A DNA stretch of 64,000 nt from Alphaproteobacteria bacterium (lineage in GTDB: Bacteria > Pseudomonadota > Alphaproteobacteria > UBA2966). The stretch covers positions 1,216,001 through 1,280,000 of the forward strand of contig OZ219858.1 of the NCBI GenBank assembly GCA_964291395.2, in the 5' to 3' direction. Numbering within the stretch: position 1 is the stretch's first letter; each line of letters begins with the position of its first letter. The position numbers and the translations under genes are program-made. The notes beneath the pieces are model-generated. The model did no database searches. It had not been told where the DNA came from and saw nothing but the letters and a program-made list of their open reading frames with translations. This document shows, in pieces, positions 10,264-19,956 of this stretch.

Positions 10264-11037
10264 TCAGATGACGACCATGCCGCCGTCGACGGAGAGGATG
10301 ACGCCGTTGACCAGACGCGACTCGTCGGAGGCCAGGTACAGCGCCGCGTTGGCGATGTCGATCGGCTGGCCGCTCCCCAGCGGGTGCTGGTGGAGAACGG
10401 TGGTGGTCATCTCGTTGGTCCAGCCCGCCTTCACGGCGACGTTGCGGTCGGTCTCGACGAAGCAGGGCGCGACGGCGTTGCAGCGAATGTTGTCCTTGGC
10501 GTACTCGGCCGCGATGCAGCGGGTGAGCGCCGAAACTCCGCCCTTGGCGGCGGAATAGGAGTGCCGCGGCGGGAAGCCGCGCATCTCGCCGAGGAAGTTC
10601 ATCACCGAGCTCATGTTGATGATCGATCCGCCGCCGGCCTTCTTCAATTCCGGGATACCGAAGCGGCTGCCGAGGAACGTGCCGTAGAGGTCGAGTTGGA
10701 TGCTGCGGTCCCAGGCCTCGATCGGCATTTCGGTCACGGAGTCGTCCGGGGGCGCGGAGCCGCCGGCGCAGTTGTAGAGGACGTTGAGCTGGCCGAAGGC
10801 CTCGACCGTCTCCTTGACGGCACGCTCGACGTCGTCGGGCCGGGTGACGTCGGCCTGGATGGCCACCGCCTTGCCGCCGTCCGCCTTGATCATGCCGGCG
10901 GTCTCGTTGCCCGTCTCCGGATTGATCTCGACGACGCCGACACTGGCGCCTTCTTTCGCAAAGAGGCGGCTCGCCTCGCGCGCGATGCCTGCGCCCGCGC
11001 CCGTGACCAGCGCGACCTTCCCGTCCAGTCTCGCCAT
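10264..11037 (-). CDS. SDR family NAD(P)-dependent oxidoreductase
   Basis: TGAGAGIA, NCAGG, YSAAKGG (YxxxK), IRCNAVAP. Confidence 0.93.
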   Translation of the reverse strand: MARLDGKVALVTGAGAGIAREASRLFAKEGASVGVVEINPETGNETAGMIKADGGKAVAIQADVTRPDDVERAVKETVEAFGQLNVLYNCAGGSAPPDDSVTEMPIEAWDRSIQLDLYGTFLGSRFGIPELKKAGGGSIINMSSVMNFLGEMRGFPPRHSYSAAKGGVSALTRCIAAEYAKDNIRCNAVAPCFVETDRNVAVKAGWTNEMTTTVLHQHPLGSGQPIDIANAALYLASDESRLVNGVILSVDGGMVVI

Positions 11038-11324
11038 GGTCTCCAATCCTCCCCGTATGATCCGTTCTCCGTCGATCATGCCGAATCGACCCGCGGGAGG
11101 TCCAGTAACGACCGACCGTCCCGACGGCCTGTCCGTCCAACGCGGAGTCGGCGAGGATATCCCCGGCCGGAAACAGGTTCCTGATGCTTTGCGGACATCT
11201 GCAATTCGGGGGCGGCGAGGGAGGGGGGCGTTGCCGCGCGTTTACCGGAGGCGGGGGATTCGCTAGGCTTCGCGCCGAAACCGCGACCGCGTTTCAGGCA
11301 ACGTGATATCGGGAGGCGAACGAG

Positions 11325-12710
11325 ATGGCCGTTCAAGAGCTCGACCCCGGCCAACGCGAGCTACGGAAGAAGCCGTTCAGCGGGTACCACTCGCGGGAGA
11401 TCACGGAGCCCGACGCCTTGCTGACGGAGACCGGGCCCCGGACGCCGATGGGCGAGTACTTCCGGCGCTTCTGGCTGCCCATCTGCCTGTCGGATCATCT
11501 CACCGACCTGCCCAAGGCGGTGAAGACGCTCGGTGAGGACCTCGTCGCCTTCCGGGACAAGTCGGGGCGGGCCGGCGTCATGCACCGGCACTGCAGCCAT
11601 CGGGGCACCTCCCTGGAGTACGGCATCGTCTCCGAGCGGGGCATCCGCTGCTGCTATCACGGCTGGCTGTTCGACGTCGACGGCACCATCCTGGAAACAC
11701 CGGGCGAACCGCCCGATTCGAGATTGAAGGACAGTTTCTTCCACGGTGCCTATCCGGCGACCGAGATCCACGGCATGGTCTGGGCCTACATGGGCCCTCC
11801 CGACCTGATCCCGGACAAGCCACACCTCGATTTCTTCGAGATGCCGGGCGTCAGGCTCATCCCCTTCGCCCTGCCGTACGAGAGCAACTGGCTGAACTCG
11901 CAGGAAAACTCCATGGACCCGTTCCACGCCGTGTTCCTGCACGGCACCGACGGCCAGCACTTTCAGAACCCGTCGATCGGCCTTCATCCCAACATCAAGT
12001 GGCGGATCACGGGCGCCGGCAACGGCATGGTCTACATGTCCGTACGCCGTCTCGACGACGACTGGATCTGGGCGCGCATGAACTACTGCTACATGCCCTT
12101 CGAGAGCTACGTGCCGACGACCATCGAACTGCCGAAGCCGACCTACTACAATGCGGCGATCTACTTGCGTCAGCACATCCCGGTCGACGACCTCCGGTCG
12201 ATCCTGTTCGGCTGGCGGGCCTACGGCACGGATCGCACCATCGGCCCCGATCACACCCGGAACGGCTGGAACCTGACGGACGTGGACGGCCAGACTCGGC
12301 GCCCCTCCTACGAAGCGGCGCAACGCAAGGCGGGCGACTTCGAGGCCCAGGGCAGCATCTGGTACGGCGTGCCGCGTCCCGCCATTGAGCACAAGGGAAC
12401 CACCGACACCGGTGTCGTCATGATGCGCCGGCAGCTCCGCGAGATACTCGAGGGCGACGTGCCCGCGGCCTGGCCGGAGCCGGCCAAGGGCCACGGGGAG
12501 ACGCCGAAGGCCAGGAAGATCCTGGCCCAGGACTCGGTGCTCAACGTCAGGCGGCGCGCCGGTCCGGACGAGGATTGGGACCTGCTGACCAGGGTGGGCG
12601 AGGAGATCACCGACGCCGTCGTCGAGGGCAGCGACCGATATGACGGCGAGGAGCGGGTCGGCTGGATCGTCGAGCGGGTCAAGGAAATCGAAGCCCGGCA
12701 CCGGGGCTGA
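11325..12710 (+). CDS. Rieske non-heme iron oxygenase alpha subunit (phthalate dioxygenase/LigX-like clade)
   Basis: HCSHRGTSL...RCCYHGW Rieske motif; ENSMDPFHAVFLH mononuclear Fe motif. Confidence 0.92.
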   Translation: MAVQELDPGQRELRKKPFSGYHSREITEPDALLTETGPRTPMGEYFRRFWLPICLSDHLTDLPKAVKTLGEDLVAFRDKSGRAGVMHRHCSHRGTSLEYGIVSERGIRCCYHGWLFDVDGTILETPGEPPDSRLKDSFFHGAYPATEIHGMVWAYMGPPDLIPDKPHLDFFEMPGVRLIPFALPYESNWLNSQENSMDPFHAVFLHGTDGQHFQNPSIGLHPNIKWRITGAGNGMVYMSVRRLDDDWIWARMNYCYMPFESYVPTTIELPKPTYYNAAIYLRQHIPVDDLRSILFGWRAYGTDRTIGPDHTRNGWNLTDVDGQTRRPSYEAAQRKAGDFEAQGSIWYGVPRPAIEHKGTTDTGVVMMRRQLREILEGDVPAAWPEPAKGHGETPKARKILAQDSVLNVRRRAGPDEDWDLLTRVGEEITDAVVEGSDRYDGEERVGWIVERVKEIEARHRG

Positions 12711-12734
12711 ACCGACGCTTGAGGAGGCGAGTCG

Positions 12735-12824
12735 GTGGACCCGGACGACATCGAGCGCGCGGCGCGCAACCTCCTGGACCACCGCGACTGCGGCCGGAGC
12801 GGGCGCACGTCTGTTCATGTTTAG
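12735..12824 (+). pseudogene. Truncated 5' gene stub, possibly hydratase/FAH-family N-terminus
   Basis: GAGGAGG RBS, GTG start, MDPDDIERAARNLLDHRDCGR, then an abrupt change to lower-GC sequence and a stop. Confidence 0.35.
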
Positions 12825-13038
12825 CAGTCGTTGCCGGCGAACACTTCCTGGTAGCTCATGCTTTGTGCTTCCGACACCGGATGGACTAATTTTACCGGCG
12901 GTCTCTAGAGGGGATACGTGGCGGGATAGCTACAGCCATATGGCATTTTCCATGCTACAAATCCTAATGAAATCAGTCTGTTACCTAGATTCCAATACCT
13001 CCGACATCGGAACAGAAAGCCCCAAAGGAGTCGGAGGC

Positions 13039-13260
13039 TTCGCATTCGAACTCCACGAGGACGGACAGATCGTCGTCAGCCGTGCCGACGCCGAGCATGA
13101 AGATCCGGCGATCGGTGCGTTCCTGGATCTGCTCGCCGGTGATATCCGGGCCGGTCGGCATGTTCGGGCAATTCCGGACGATCTGGCACAGGACATGCTC
13201 GAACATGCGCAGTGTGAAGCGGGACCGGACGAGGACATCGACGGCGACGTCGCCCTCTGA
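13039..13260 (+). pseudogene. PrlF-family antitoxin, 5'-truncated
   Basis: FAFELHEDGQIVVSRADAEHEDPAIGAFLDLLAGDI...DEDIDGDVAL; N-terminal AbrB-type region and natural start are missing; TGATG overlap with the toxin. Confidence 0.7.
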
Positions 13261-13844
13261 TGCGGCGCCACGGATGGACGCTGGTGTTCCACGATTGCCT
13301 CATCGACCAGCTGCGCAAGCTCCGCCACGCAGTCCAACGCGCGCAACGAAGTGGTCCGGCGGGGTTCGCATCCAATGTGAACGTCAAGCTGTTCCGCGCG
13401 CTGAGCCGGTTGATGCTGGAAGTCATCCCGCAGGATCCATCCCGGGGCGAGCACCGCCAGAGTGGCACGCTCGGCCCACGTTGCCGCCATTGGCGGCGCA
13501 CCAGGATCGGCAGACGGTTTCGATTGTTCTTCCGCTACGACGCGAGGGCGAAGGTGATCGTCTACGCGTGGGTCAATGACCAATCCACGCTGCGCTCCTC
13601 GGGGAGCAGAACCGATCCGTACTCGGTCTTCGCCAGGAAGCTCACGCGGGGAAATCCGCCCGACGACTGGGCCTCATTGATGAGGCTTCAAGGCAAGATT
13701 GGCAGGCGGGGAAGTAACCGCCATCAGACTGTGTCGGCCCGCGAAGGGGCGGAAATCCTCCAGAGAATACTCTCGGAATTCGCCACCGGGCGGCCGCGAC
13801 GATTTCCACCGGGCAAGCGGAGAATGCATGCGGCCTCGATTTGA
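13260..13844 (+). CDS. YhaV-family toxin (type II TA RNase) with frameshifted C-terminal run-on
   Basis: MRRHGWTLVFHDC, IPQDP, RFRLFFRYD, VIVYAWVND, DPYSVF, GNPPDDW. The likely original end ASRQDWQAGK* (TAA 13717) is in another frame. Confidence 0.85.
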   Translation: MRRHGWTLVFHDCLIDQLRKLRHAVQRAQRSGPAGFASNVNVKLFRALSRLMLEVIPQDPSRGEHRQSGTLGPRCRHWRRTRIGRRFRLFFRYDARAKVIVYAWVNDQSTLRSSGSRTDPYSVFARKLTRGNPPDDWASLMRLQGKIGRRGSNRHQTVSAREGAEILQRILSEFATGRPRRFPPGKRRMHAASI

Positions 13845-13990
13845 GCAGTTCCCGTTGTCGAACGATCCCGTCGCCGCGCCGAACGAATTCCGCCTCGAGC
13901 AGATGAGCGCCGGCATCGGAAAGTTCGAGTTCAGCAAAGACGTTGCCGCTGCCGCGTTCTATGCGGGCTGAATCCGCTTCCGTACCTGCA
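13720..13990 (-). pseudogene. XRE/HigA-like HTH antitoxin, degenerate
   Basis: Manual translation RIERGSGNVFAELELSDAGAHLLEAEFVRR..IVRQR and, out of frame, GEFREYSLE. These match the GSGNVFADL...GDFREYSLE HTH antitoxin family. Confidence 0.65.
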
Positions 13991-14231
13991 ACTCAGTCAG
14001 TTGCCGTTGGCACCTGAGACGCGATGGCGATACGATTCCTTGCTTCACATCAATGGGTTGGGACGGTTCACACCGGAATCTCAATCAAGTGTCGGTCTCG
14101 GTGGTTGCGGGCCCCGGCTCAAAACGTTCTGTGCAGCAACATTCGGCGGGTCAGGCGGCGTCCCGGATACAGCAATGGCGGGTTTCGCGCTCGCTCTGGT
14201 TGCAACCTCGCTCCCGACCCACTTGGCTATG

Positions 14232-15719
14232 TCAACCCGAATGCGCCTGCGGAACCGCCTTGGCGATTTTTTCGATCCCTTCCGAAATAAGGGATTCGCC
14301 GATCACCGAATATCCCAGGCGGATGTGGTTGCGGTTGTTTTTTTCGTCCGAGAAGGTGAAACCGCCGGTCTCGAAGAACACGCCGTCGGCCTCGACCAGA
14401 TCGCGCAGGATGTCCGCATCCGACTCCTCCGGCAGGCGAAGCCAGATGATCGCACCGCCGTATTCCGGTTTGGCCGAAGCCCCCGGAAAATGGAACTCGA
14501 GCGCATCGTGCATCACTTCGCAGCGCTGCTTGTAGATCTTGGTGAGCTTGGCGACGAAGCGATCGAAATACCCCCGCTGGAGGAACAGCGCCACGCTCCG
14601 CTGGTTGTTCACCGGTGGGTGGCGAATGAGATGGTGGCGGAGCGCCCGCGCTTCCCGGATGAACTCCCGATCCGCAACCAGGTAGCCAATGCGCAGCCCG
14701 GGCATCAGGGACTTGGAGAGGGTGCCGATATAGATGACGTTGCCCCAGCCATCGAGGCCCTTCAGCGCCTGCGGCGGGGTCAGGTCGAAGCTGATGTCGG
14801 ATTCGTAGTCGTCCTCAATCACGAACTGGCCGTTCCGCTTGGTGATTTCCAGCAGTTCGAGCTTTCGATCGAGCGGCATTGTGATGGTCGTCGGAAACTG
14901 GTGGGTCGGGGTGACGAACAGACACTTGCAGTCGTTCAGCGCGTCGGACAGCACCAGCCCGTCCCGGTCGACCGGGAGCCGTCGCACACGCACGCGTTCC
15001 ATGCTCGCCATGTTGATGGCATCCGGATAGCCCGGGTCCTCGACACCGATGATTTCCCCTGGCGAGAGCAGCAGCCGGATGGCCAAATAGAGGGCCTGTT
15101 GGCCTCCCACCGTGACCAGGACCTCGTCGGGGTGCGCGACGATGCCGCGTTTCGAGAGTACGCGCTGGATGAGCTGTTCGATCAGCATCTGATCGTCCGT
15201 TTCCGAATAGTCCGCGGCCCAGTTTCTTACCTCGACAACGTTGACGGAATCGCGAACGCACTCGCGCCAGCTTTGGATCGGAAACAGCGACGGGTCTATC
15301 AACCCGCATACGAAGGGATAGCGGTACCGGACCAGGCAATCCGCGGGCTTCGCCACGTGCTGGAGGTCGAAGCTGCGGTCCCTGAAGAACGCGCGGTAGT
15401 CGATCCTGTCGCGCGGAACCGCCAGCTCAGCTGGTGCGTCCGGCTTCAGCGCGTGACCCGGATCGGTGAGAACGTCCGGGTTTATGAAGAAGCCCGAGCG
15501 GTTCCTAGACTCCACGAAGCCGTCCTGCTTGAGCCCGTCATAGGCCAGCGCGACCGTGGTCACGCTCACCTTCAGCTCCGTCGATAGCTGGCGAATCGAC
15601 GGTAGCGGTCGATGCAGCGGGTATTGGCGATTGACGATGCCGATCGCGATCTGGCGCCGGATCTGCTTCTGAATGCTCTCCGGCGACTCACGGTCGATCA
15701 CGATCATGTTCTCGTACAT
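14232..15719 (-). CDS. MocR/GabR-family regulator (GntR HTH + PLP aminotransferase domain), TauR-like
   Basis: LPSIRQLSTELKVSVTTVALAY, VEDPGY, VTPTHQFPT, IEDDYE, YIGTLSKSLMPGLRIGY. Confidence 0.92.
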   Translation of the reverse strand: MYENMIVIDRESPESIQKQIRRQIAIGIVNRQYPLHRPLPSIRQLSTELKVSVTTVALAYDGLKQDGFVESRNRSGFFINPDVLTDPGHALKPDAPAELAVPRDRIDYRAFFRDRSFDLQHVAKPADCLVRYRYPFVCGLIDPSLFPIQSWRECVRDSVNVVEVRNWAADYSETDDQMLIEQLIQRVLSKRGIVAHPDEVLVTVGGQQALYLAIRLLLSPGEIIGVEDPGYPDAINMASMERVRVRRLPVDRDGLVLSDALNDCKCLFVTPTHQFPTTITMPLDRKLELLEITKRNGQFVIEDDYESDISFDLTPPQALKGLDGWGNVIYIGTLSKSLMPGLRIGYLVADREFIREARALRHHLIRHPPVNNQRSVALFLQRGYFDRFVAKLTKIYKQRCEVMHDALEFHFPGASAKPEYGGAIIWLRLPEESDADILRDLVEADGVFFETGGFTFSDEKNNRNHIRLGYSVIGESLISEGIEKIAKAVPQAHSG

Positions 15720-15893
15720 CGGGCAATTTCCCTCGACTGCGGCGATCCAGAGCGCCTCTGTATGTAATTCATTTTCTGACTGTATATAGGAGCCCGTTCG
15801 GACCCGCCATAGGCTCGCTCGCACCCACATCGTGCGAGGAGGCGGACCGTGCGGTCACCGCTTCCTCGGATCGGGAATTTCCGGGGAGCAGGT

Positions 15894-16523
15894 ATGCGGA
15901 GCGACGAACAATATCTCGGGATCGAGCGCTCTTTGCAGCGTGCCTGGGCCAAGGGCGCCGGGCTGATCGACGAGGAGTTCGAGCGGCCGATGATCGCGGT
16001 CGTGAACACCTGCCAGGAATTCTCGCCCGAGAACATCCATCTCCGGCAGGTGGGGGATGCGGTCAAGGCGGGCATCCGCATGGCCGGCGGCACGCCCTGC
16101 GAGTTCAACACCTTCCACGTCACCGACTCAGAGACCTTCGCCTCGGTCGGCATGCGCTACGTACTTCCGAGCCGCGACCTCGTGGCCGACATGATCGAGC
16201 TGATGGTCGAGGGCCACCGCTTCGACGCGATGGTGCTGATCGGCTCGGGAGACAAGGTTGTGCCCGGGATGGTGATGGCGGCCGCCCGCCTCGACCTCCC
16301 CTCCATCCTGCTCTATGGCGGGCCGATTGCGCTCGTGGAGGATGAGGATCCGATTCGGATCGACCTGTCGGAACGCAGACTGGACCTGGACGTGGCGCCA
16401 GCGGTGCTGGAGGAGCGCCGGAGCCGGTACGCGCCCATGCCGCCCCGGGTCGCGCGTAGCTATCTCAAGCACTACGCGGACACCGTGGCGCCCGCATCGG
16501 AAGGGGCGGTGATGCCCCGCTAG
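15894..16523 (+). pseudogene. IlvD/Edd-family dehydratase with large in-frame internal deletion
   Basis: N-terminal part (RPMIAVVN...GMRYVLPSRDLVAD...DKVVPGM...LYGGP) is joined directly to the C-terminal GGPIALVED..IRID...YA..VAPASEGAV; 209 aa versus about 550-600 aa for the family. Confidence 0.85.
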
Positions 16524-16526
16524 GCG

Positions 16527-17641
16527 ATGGACAGCCCAATACACATCGCCGTTGGCGACCGCGCTGAGAGCCCGGCCCCGCCATGCCCGGCCCGGGCGGC
16601 ACACAGCAAGGCCACGGGTAGCGTCGTCACAAACGCCGCGTCGACCGGTATCGGGATCGACCGCAAGCGGTTGAAGGCGCTGGCGCGCCGCAGCAATACG
16701 CCCGGGTTGATCTATCTGACTATCTGGGGTGCCGCGCTGGCGATCACCGGTATCGGGGTCTGGTGCACGCTGGGCACGGTCTGGGTCTGGCCGGCGATGT
16801 TCGTCTTTGGCGTGGCGATGTCGGTCCCGTCCTACGCGCTGAGCCACGAGACCGCACATGGGACGGCGTTCCGGACACGCTGGCTCAACGAGACCGTGTT
16901 CTGGTTCACCTCGCTGCTTTACGGCGAGGAGCCGCTGCACCGGCGCTACACCCACACAAACCACCACACCCACACCTGGTATGTCGGCCTCGACAGCCAG
17001 ATGCCGTTCGACACGCCGCTCGACTTCAGGGCTGGCTCTACGACATCAGCGGCCTCTCGGTGCACCGGTTCCAGGGCCGCGTGCTTTGGCAGCTCGCGAC
17101 CAGGCGCTACACGCGGCTGATGCGCGAGGTGTCGCCGGCCGCCGAGCTGTCCAAGATGACGCGCAACGCACGCCTGTTCGCGCTGGTCTATCTCGGCCTC
17201 GCCGGGGCGATCGCCGCCGGCGTCCCGTGGCCGCTCTGGTTCTACGTGCTGCCGCGGCTGCTCGGCGGCCCGATCATGCTGATGTTCAACATCGTCCAGC
17301 ACGCTGAGATGCAGGAGGACTCGCCCTCGATCGTCGAGAGCACGCGGAGCTTCCGTACGGATCGGGTGGGGCGGTTCCTCTACCTCAACATGAACAACCA
17401 CATCGAGCACCACCTCTACCCGCAGGTGCCGTTCTATTCGCTGCCGGCGCTGCACGGAGAGGTGGCAGACCAGACCCCGGAACCCGATCCCGGCTTCTGG
17501 CGCACCAATCTCGATCTCCTCTGGGTGGTGATCCGGCGGTCGCTCGGGCGCCGCACCAAGGCGGCCTGGATCCGCCAGGCGCCGCACATGATCACCGAGG
17601 GCGGCGGCTATTCGACGATCGCAAAGGCGACGATGCAGTGA
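16527..17641 (+). pseudogene. MocD-like membrane di-iron oxygenase (fatty acid desaturase family), frameshift in G-run at 17029-17031
   Basis: His boxes HETAH, HTNHH and NNHIEHHLYP are split over two frames; adding one G restores DFRGWLYD. Confidence 0.8.
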
Positions 17642-18480
17642 AGCGCAAGCGCATCTACAGCTATGGTGGCAAGTCGGCAACGCGAAATTTTACCGTCGCC
17701 GACATGATCGCGCTCAAGGGTAAGGCGAGGCTCTGCCAGACCTGCCCGGCCACCGAGGAAGAGGCGGCGGCCTGCGAAGCGGTCGGCATCGACGTGCTGA
17801 ACACCTCGGATGCCGACTACCCGGCGGTTCGCGCCGGCGCGCCCGAGACGTTCACCATCGCCGACCTGCCCATGACGGCGCACCAGACGCCGGACGACAT
17901 CCTGCGCGCGGCGGTCAGAGCGGCCGAGGCCGGGGCCGATGCGGTCTACACGCCGCGCAGCCTGCAAACCGTCGAGATGCTGGCGCGGGAGGGTCTGGCG
18001 GTGCAGGGCCATCTCGGTCTGGTACCCAGGCTTTCCACCTGGCGCGGCGGGCTCCGCATCGTCGGCAAGACGGCGGAAGAAGCCCTCGAGCTCTTGGAGG
18101 ATTTTCGCCGGCTCGAGGATGCCGGCGCCTACGCGGCCGAGGTCGAGTGCGTGGCCGCCGAGGCGCTGGCCGCGATCGCCCCGCGATCGAGGCTGGTAAC
18201 CCACTCGATCGGCGCCGGTCCGGCGGGCGACGTGATCTTCATGTTTCTGGTCGACATCTGCGGCGAGCTGGAACGGTCCCCAGGCCACGCCCGGGCATTT
18301 GCTGACCTGCGGTCGATCCGTCAGCAGATCGTTGCCGAGCGTCGGCGCGCGCTCGGCGAGTACCGGGCGGCGGTGACAGACGGCAGTTATCCGGACGCCG
18401 AGATCTCGGTGTCCATGCTGGTGGGCGAGCACGAAAAGCTGGTCGAGGCGCTGGATGCGCGCCCGGTCTTCGCGTCGTGA
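17638..18480 (+). CDS. PanB-like hydroxymethyltransferase/aldolase, divergent subfamily
   Basis: VRAGAP..FTIADLP, QGHLGLVP, GKTAEEA, EVECV, SIGAG, C-terminal V.DGSYP; GTGA overlap with the desaturase. Confidence 0.82.
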   Translation: MKRKRIYSYGGKSATRNFTVADMIALKGKARLCQTCPATEEEAAACEAVGIDVLNTSDADYPAVRAGAPETFTIADLPMTAHQTPDDILRAAVRAAEAGADAVYTPRSLQTVEMLAREGLAVQGHLGLVPRLSTWRGGLRIVGKTAEEALELLEDFRRLEDAGAYAAEVECVAAEALAAIAPRSRLVTHSIGAGPAGDVIFMFLVDICGELERSPGHARAFADLRSIRQQIVAERRRALGEYRAAVTDGSYPDAEISVSMLVGEHEKLVEALDARPVFAS

Positions 18481-18490
18481 GGGTGTGACG

Positions 18491-18835
18491 ATGGCCGATT
18501 GGATTCACGCCTGCGCCTGTGACGAGATCGACGAAGAGGACCTCATCCGCTGGGACCACGGGGGCCGAACCTACGCGATCTACAACGCCGAGGATGAGTT
18601 CTACTGCACCGACGGCATGTGCACCCACAAGGCGACGCATCTCGAGCAAGGGCTGCTCACGGGACACGTCATCGAGTGCCCGCTGCACCAGGGCCGGTTC
18701 GACATCCGCTCCGGCAAGGTGGTCTCGCCGCCGCCCTGCAGGGAACTCAACACCTACCCGGTCAAGACCGAGAACGGACAGGTCTATGTGCAGGTCGGTT
18801 ACCGCAAGGAAGAGGAGAACTGGGAATCGTCCTGA
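18491..18835 (+). CDS. MocE-like Rieske [2Fe-2S] ferredoxin
   Basis: DEIDEEDLIRWDH, CTHKATHL...IECPLHQGRFD. Confidence 0.9.
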   Translation: MADWIHACACDEIDEEDLIRWDHGGRTYAIYNAEDEFYCTDGMCTHKATHLEQGLLTGHVIECPLHQGRFDIRSGKVVSPPPCRELNTYPVKTENGQVYVQVGYRKEEENWESS

Positions 18836-18865
18836 ATTCGTGTGTCTTAAAACGAGGAAACAACT

Positions 18866-19879
18866 ATGCAAAACTCGCTGAGAAAATGGCTAATCCACGG
18901 TCTGGCTGCCACGGCAATTGCGGCTGCCGGAGCGGCGATGCCGGCACAGGCGAAGGAGAAGTTCATCTTCGCCCACGCCATGAACACCGATCACGTCTTC
19001 CACGCGCTGTCCGAACGCTTCATCTCGGAGCTGAAGGGCAACAAGGCGATCTCGATCGCCTATCACCCGGGCGGCGATCTGGGCGACTGGACGTCGCTGT
19101 TCGAGCAGTCGATGCAGGGCGTCGTTCCGATGACCCTGACCTGGGCGTCGTCCGATTTCGACAAGCGTCTGGACCTCATCTATCTCGGCTACATCGTGTC
19201 CAACTGGAAGGATGCGAAGAAGCTCTATGGACCGGGTGCCGACATGCTCGGGGTCTACAACGACATGCTCGGCGATCTCGGCCTGCACGCGGTCGGCATC
19301 ATCCCGACCGATTTCGGCTCTGTGGTGATCCGCAAGGGCGTCGGCAAGCTGCCGCTTAACTACCCGGGCGACCCGAAGGGTATGAAGATTCGGGTACCAG
19401 GGCTTTCGATCGCCGTCGACCGTTTCAACAGCCTGGGCTTCGCGGCCGTACCGATCCCGCTCTCCGAGGTCCATACCGCGCTGCAGCTCGGCACCGTGGA
19501 TGCGCGTTCGTTCTCGACCGCTGTCGAGACCTACACGCTGCGCGACGTGCTGGAGGCAAACATCCTCACCAACGACTATTTCGAGGTTGCCTTCTGGCTG
19601 GTCAACAAGAAGTGGTGGGACGGGCTCCCGGCCGACGTGCGCGGCGCGTTGCAGGGTGCGGCCGACAACACCATCGCCTGGTCCTGGGAGGAAGCGGAGC
19701 GCAAGAGCAACGAGTTTCTGCAAAAGGCGCGCGACGCCGGCATTAAGGTCGTCGAACTGAACGACGCGCAGATGAGTGCTGCCAAGCAGATCGTCTACGA
19801 CAAGGAGTGGCCAAAGATGGAGTCCGTCGTCGGTAAGGCGACAATGGACAAGATCAGGAAGATCGTCGGTGTCAAGTAG
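18866..19879 (+). CDS. dctP: TRAP transporter substrate-binding protein
   Basis: Signal peptide ending AQA, KGMKIRVP (conserved Arg), EVHTALQLGTVDA. Confidence 0.9.
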   Translation: MQNSLRKWLIHGLAATAIAAAGAAMPAQAKEKFIFAHAMNTDHVFHALSERFISELKGNKAISIAYHPGGDLGDWTSLFEQSMQGVVPMTLTWASSDFDKRLDLIYLGYIVSNWKDAKKLYGPGADMLGVYNDMLGDLGLHAVGIIPTDFGSVVIRKGVGKLPLNYPGDPKGMKIRVPGLSIAVDRFNSLGFAAVPIPLSEVHTALQLGTVDARSFSTAVETYTLRDVLEANILTNDYFEVAFWLVNKKWWDGLPADVRGALQGAADNTIAWSWEEAERKSNEFLQKARDAGIKVVELNDAQMSAAKQIVYDKEWPKMESVVGKATMDKIRKIVGVK

Positions 19880-19884
19880 TGTGA

Positions 19885-19930
19885 ACCGGGACGTGTCCCG
19901 GTAAACCACCCGGGCGCCTCGGCGCCCGGG
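19885..19930 (+). other. Two intergenic hairpins after dctP, probably mRNA-stabilising
   Basis: ACCGGGA-cgtg-TCCCGGT and CCCGGGCGCC-tc-GGCGCCCGGG; no U-tract. Confidence 0.55.
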
Positions 19931-19956
19931 CAGTCCATTGAGCACGAGGCGCGCAG

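Noticed and set aside
15720-15893. TauR-type CTGGAC direct repeats upstream of the MocR regulator
   Set aside because: No clear repeat pair, so taurine specificity is not claimed
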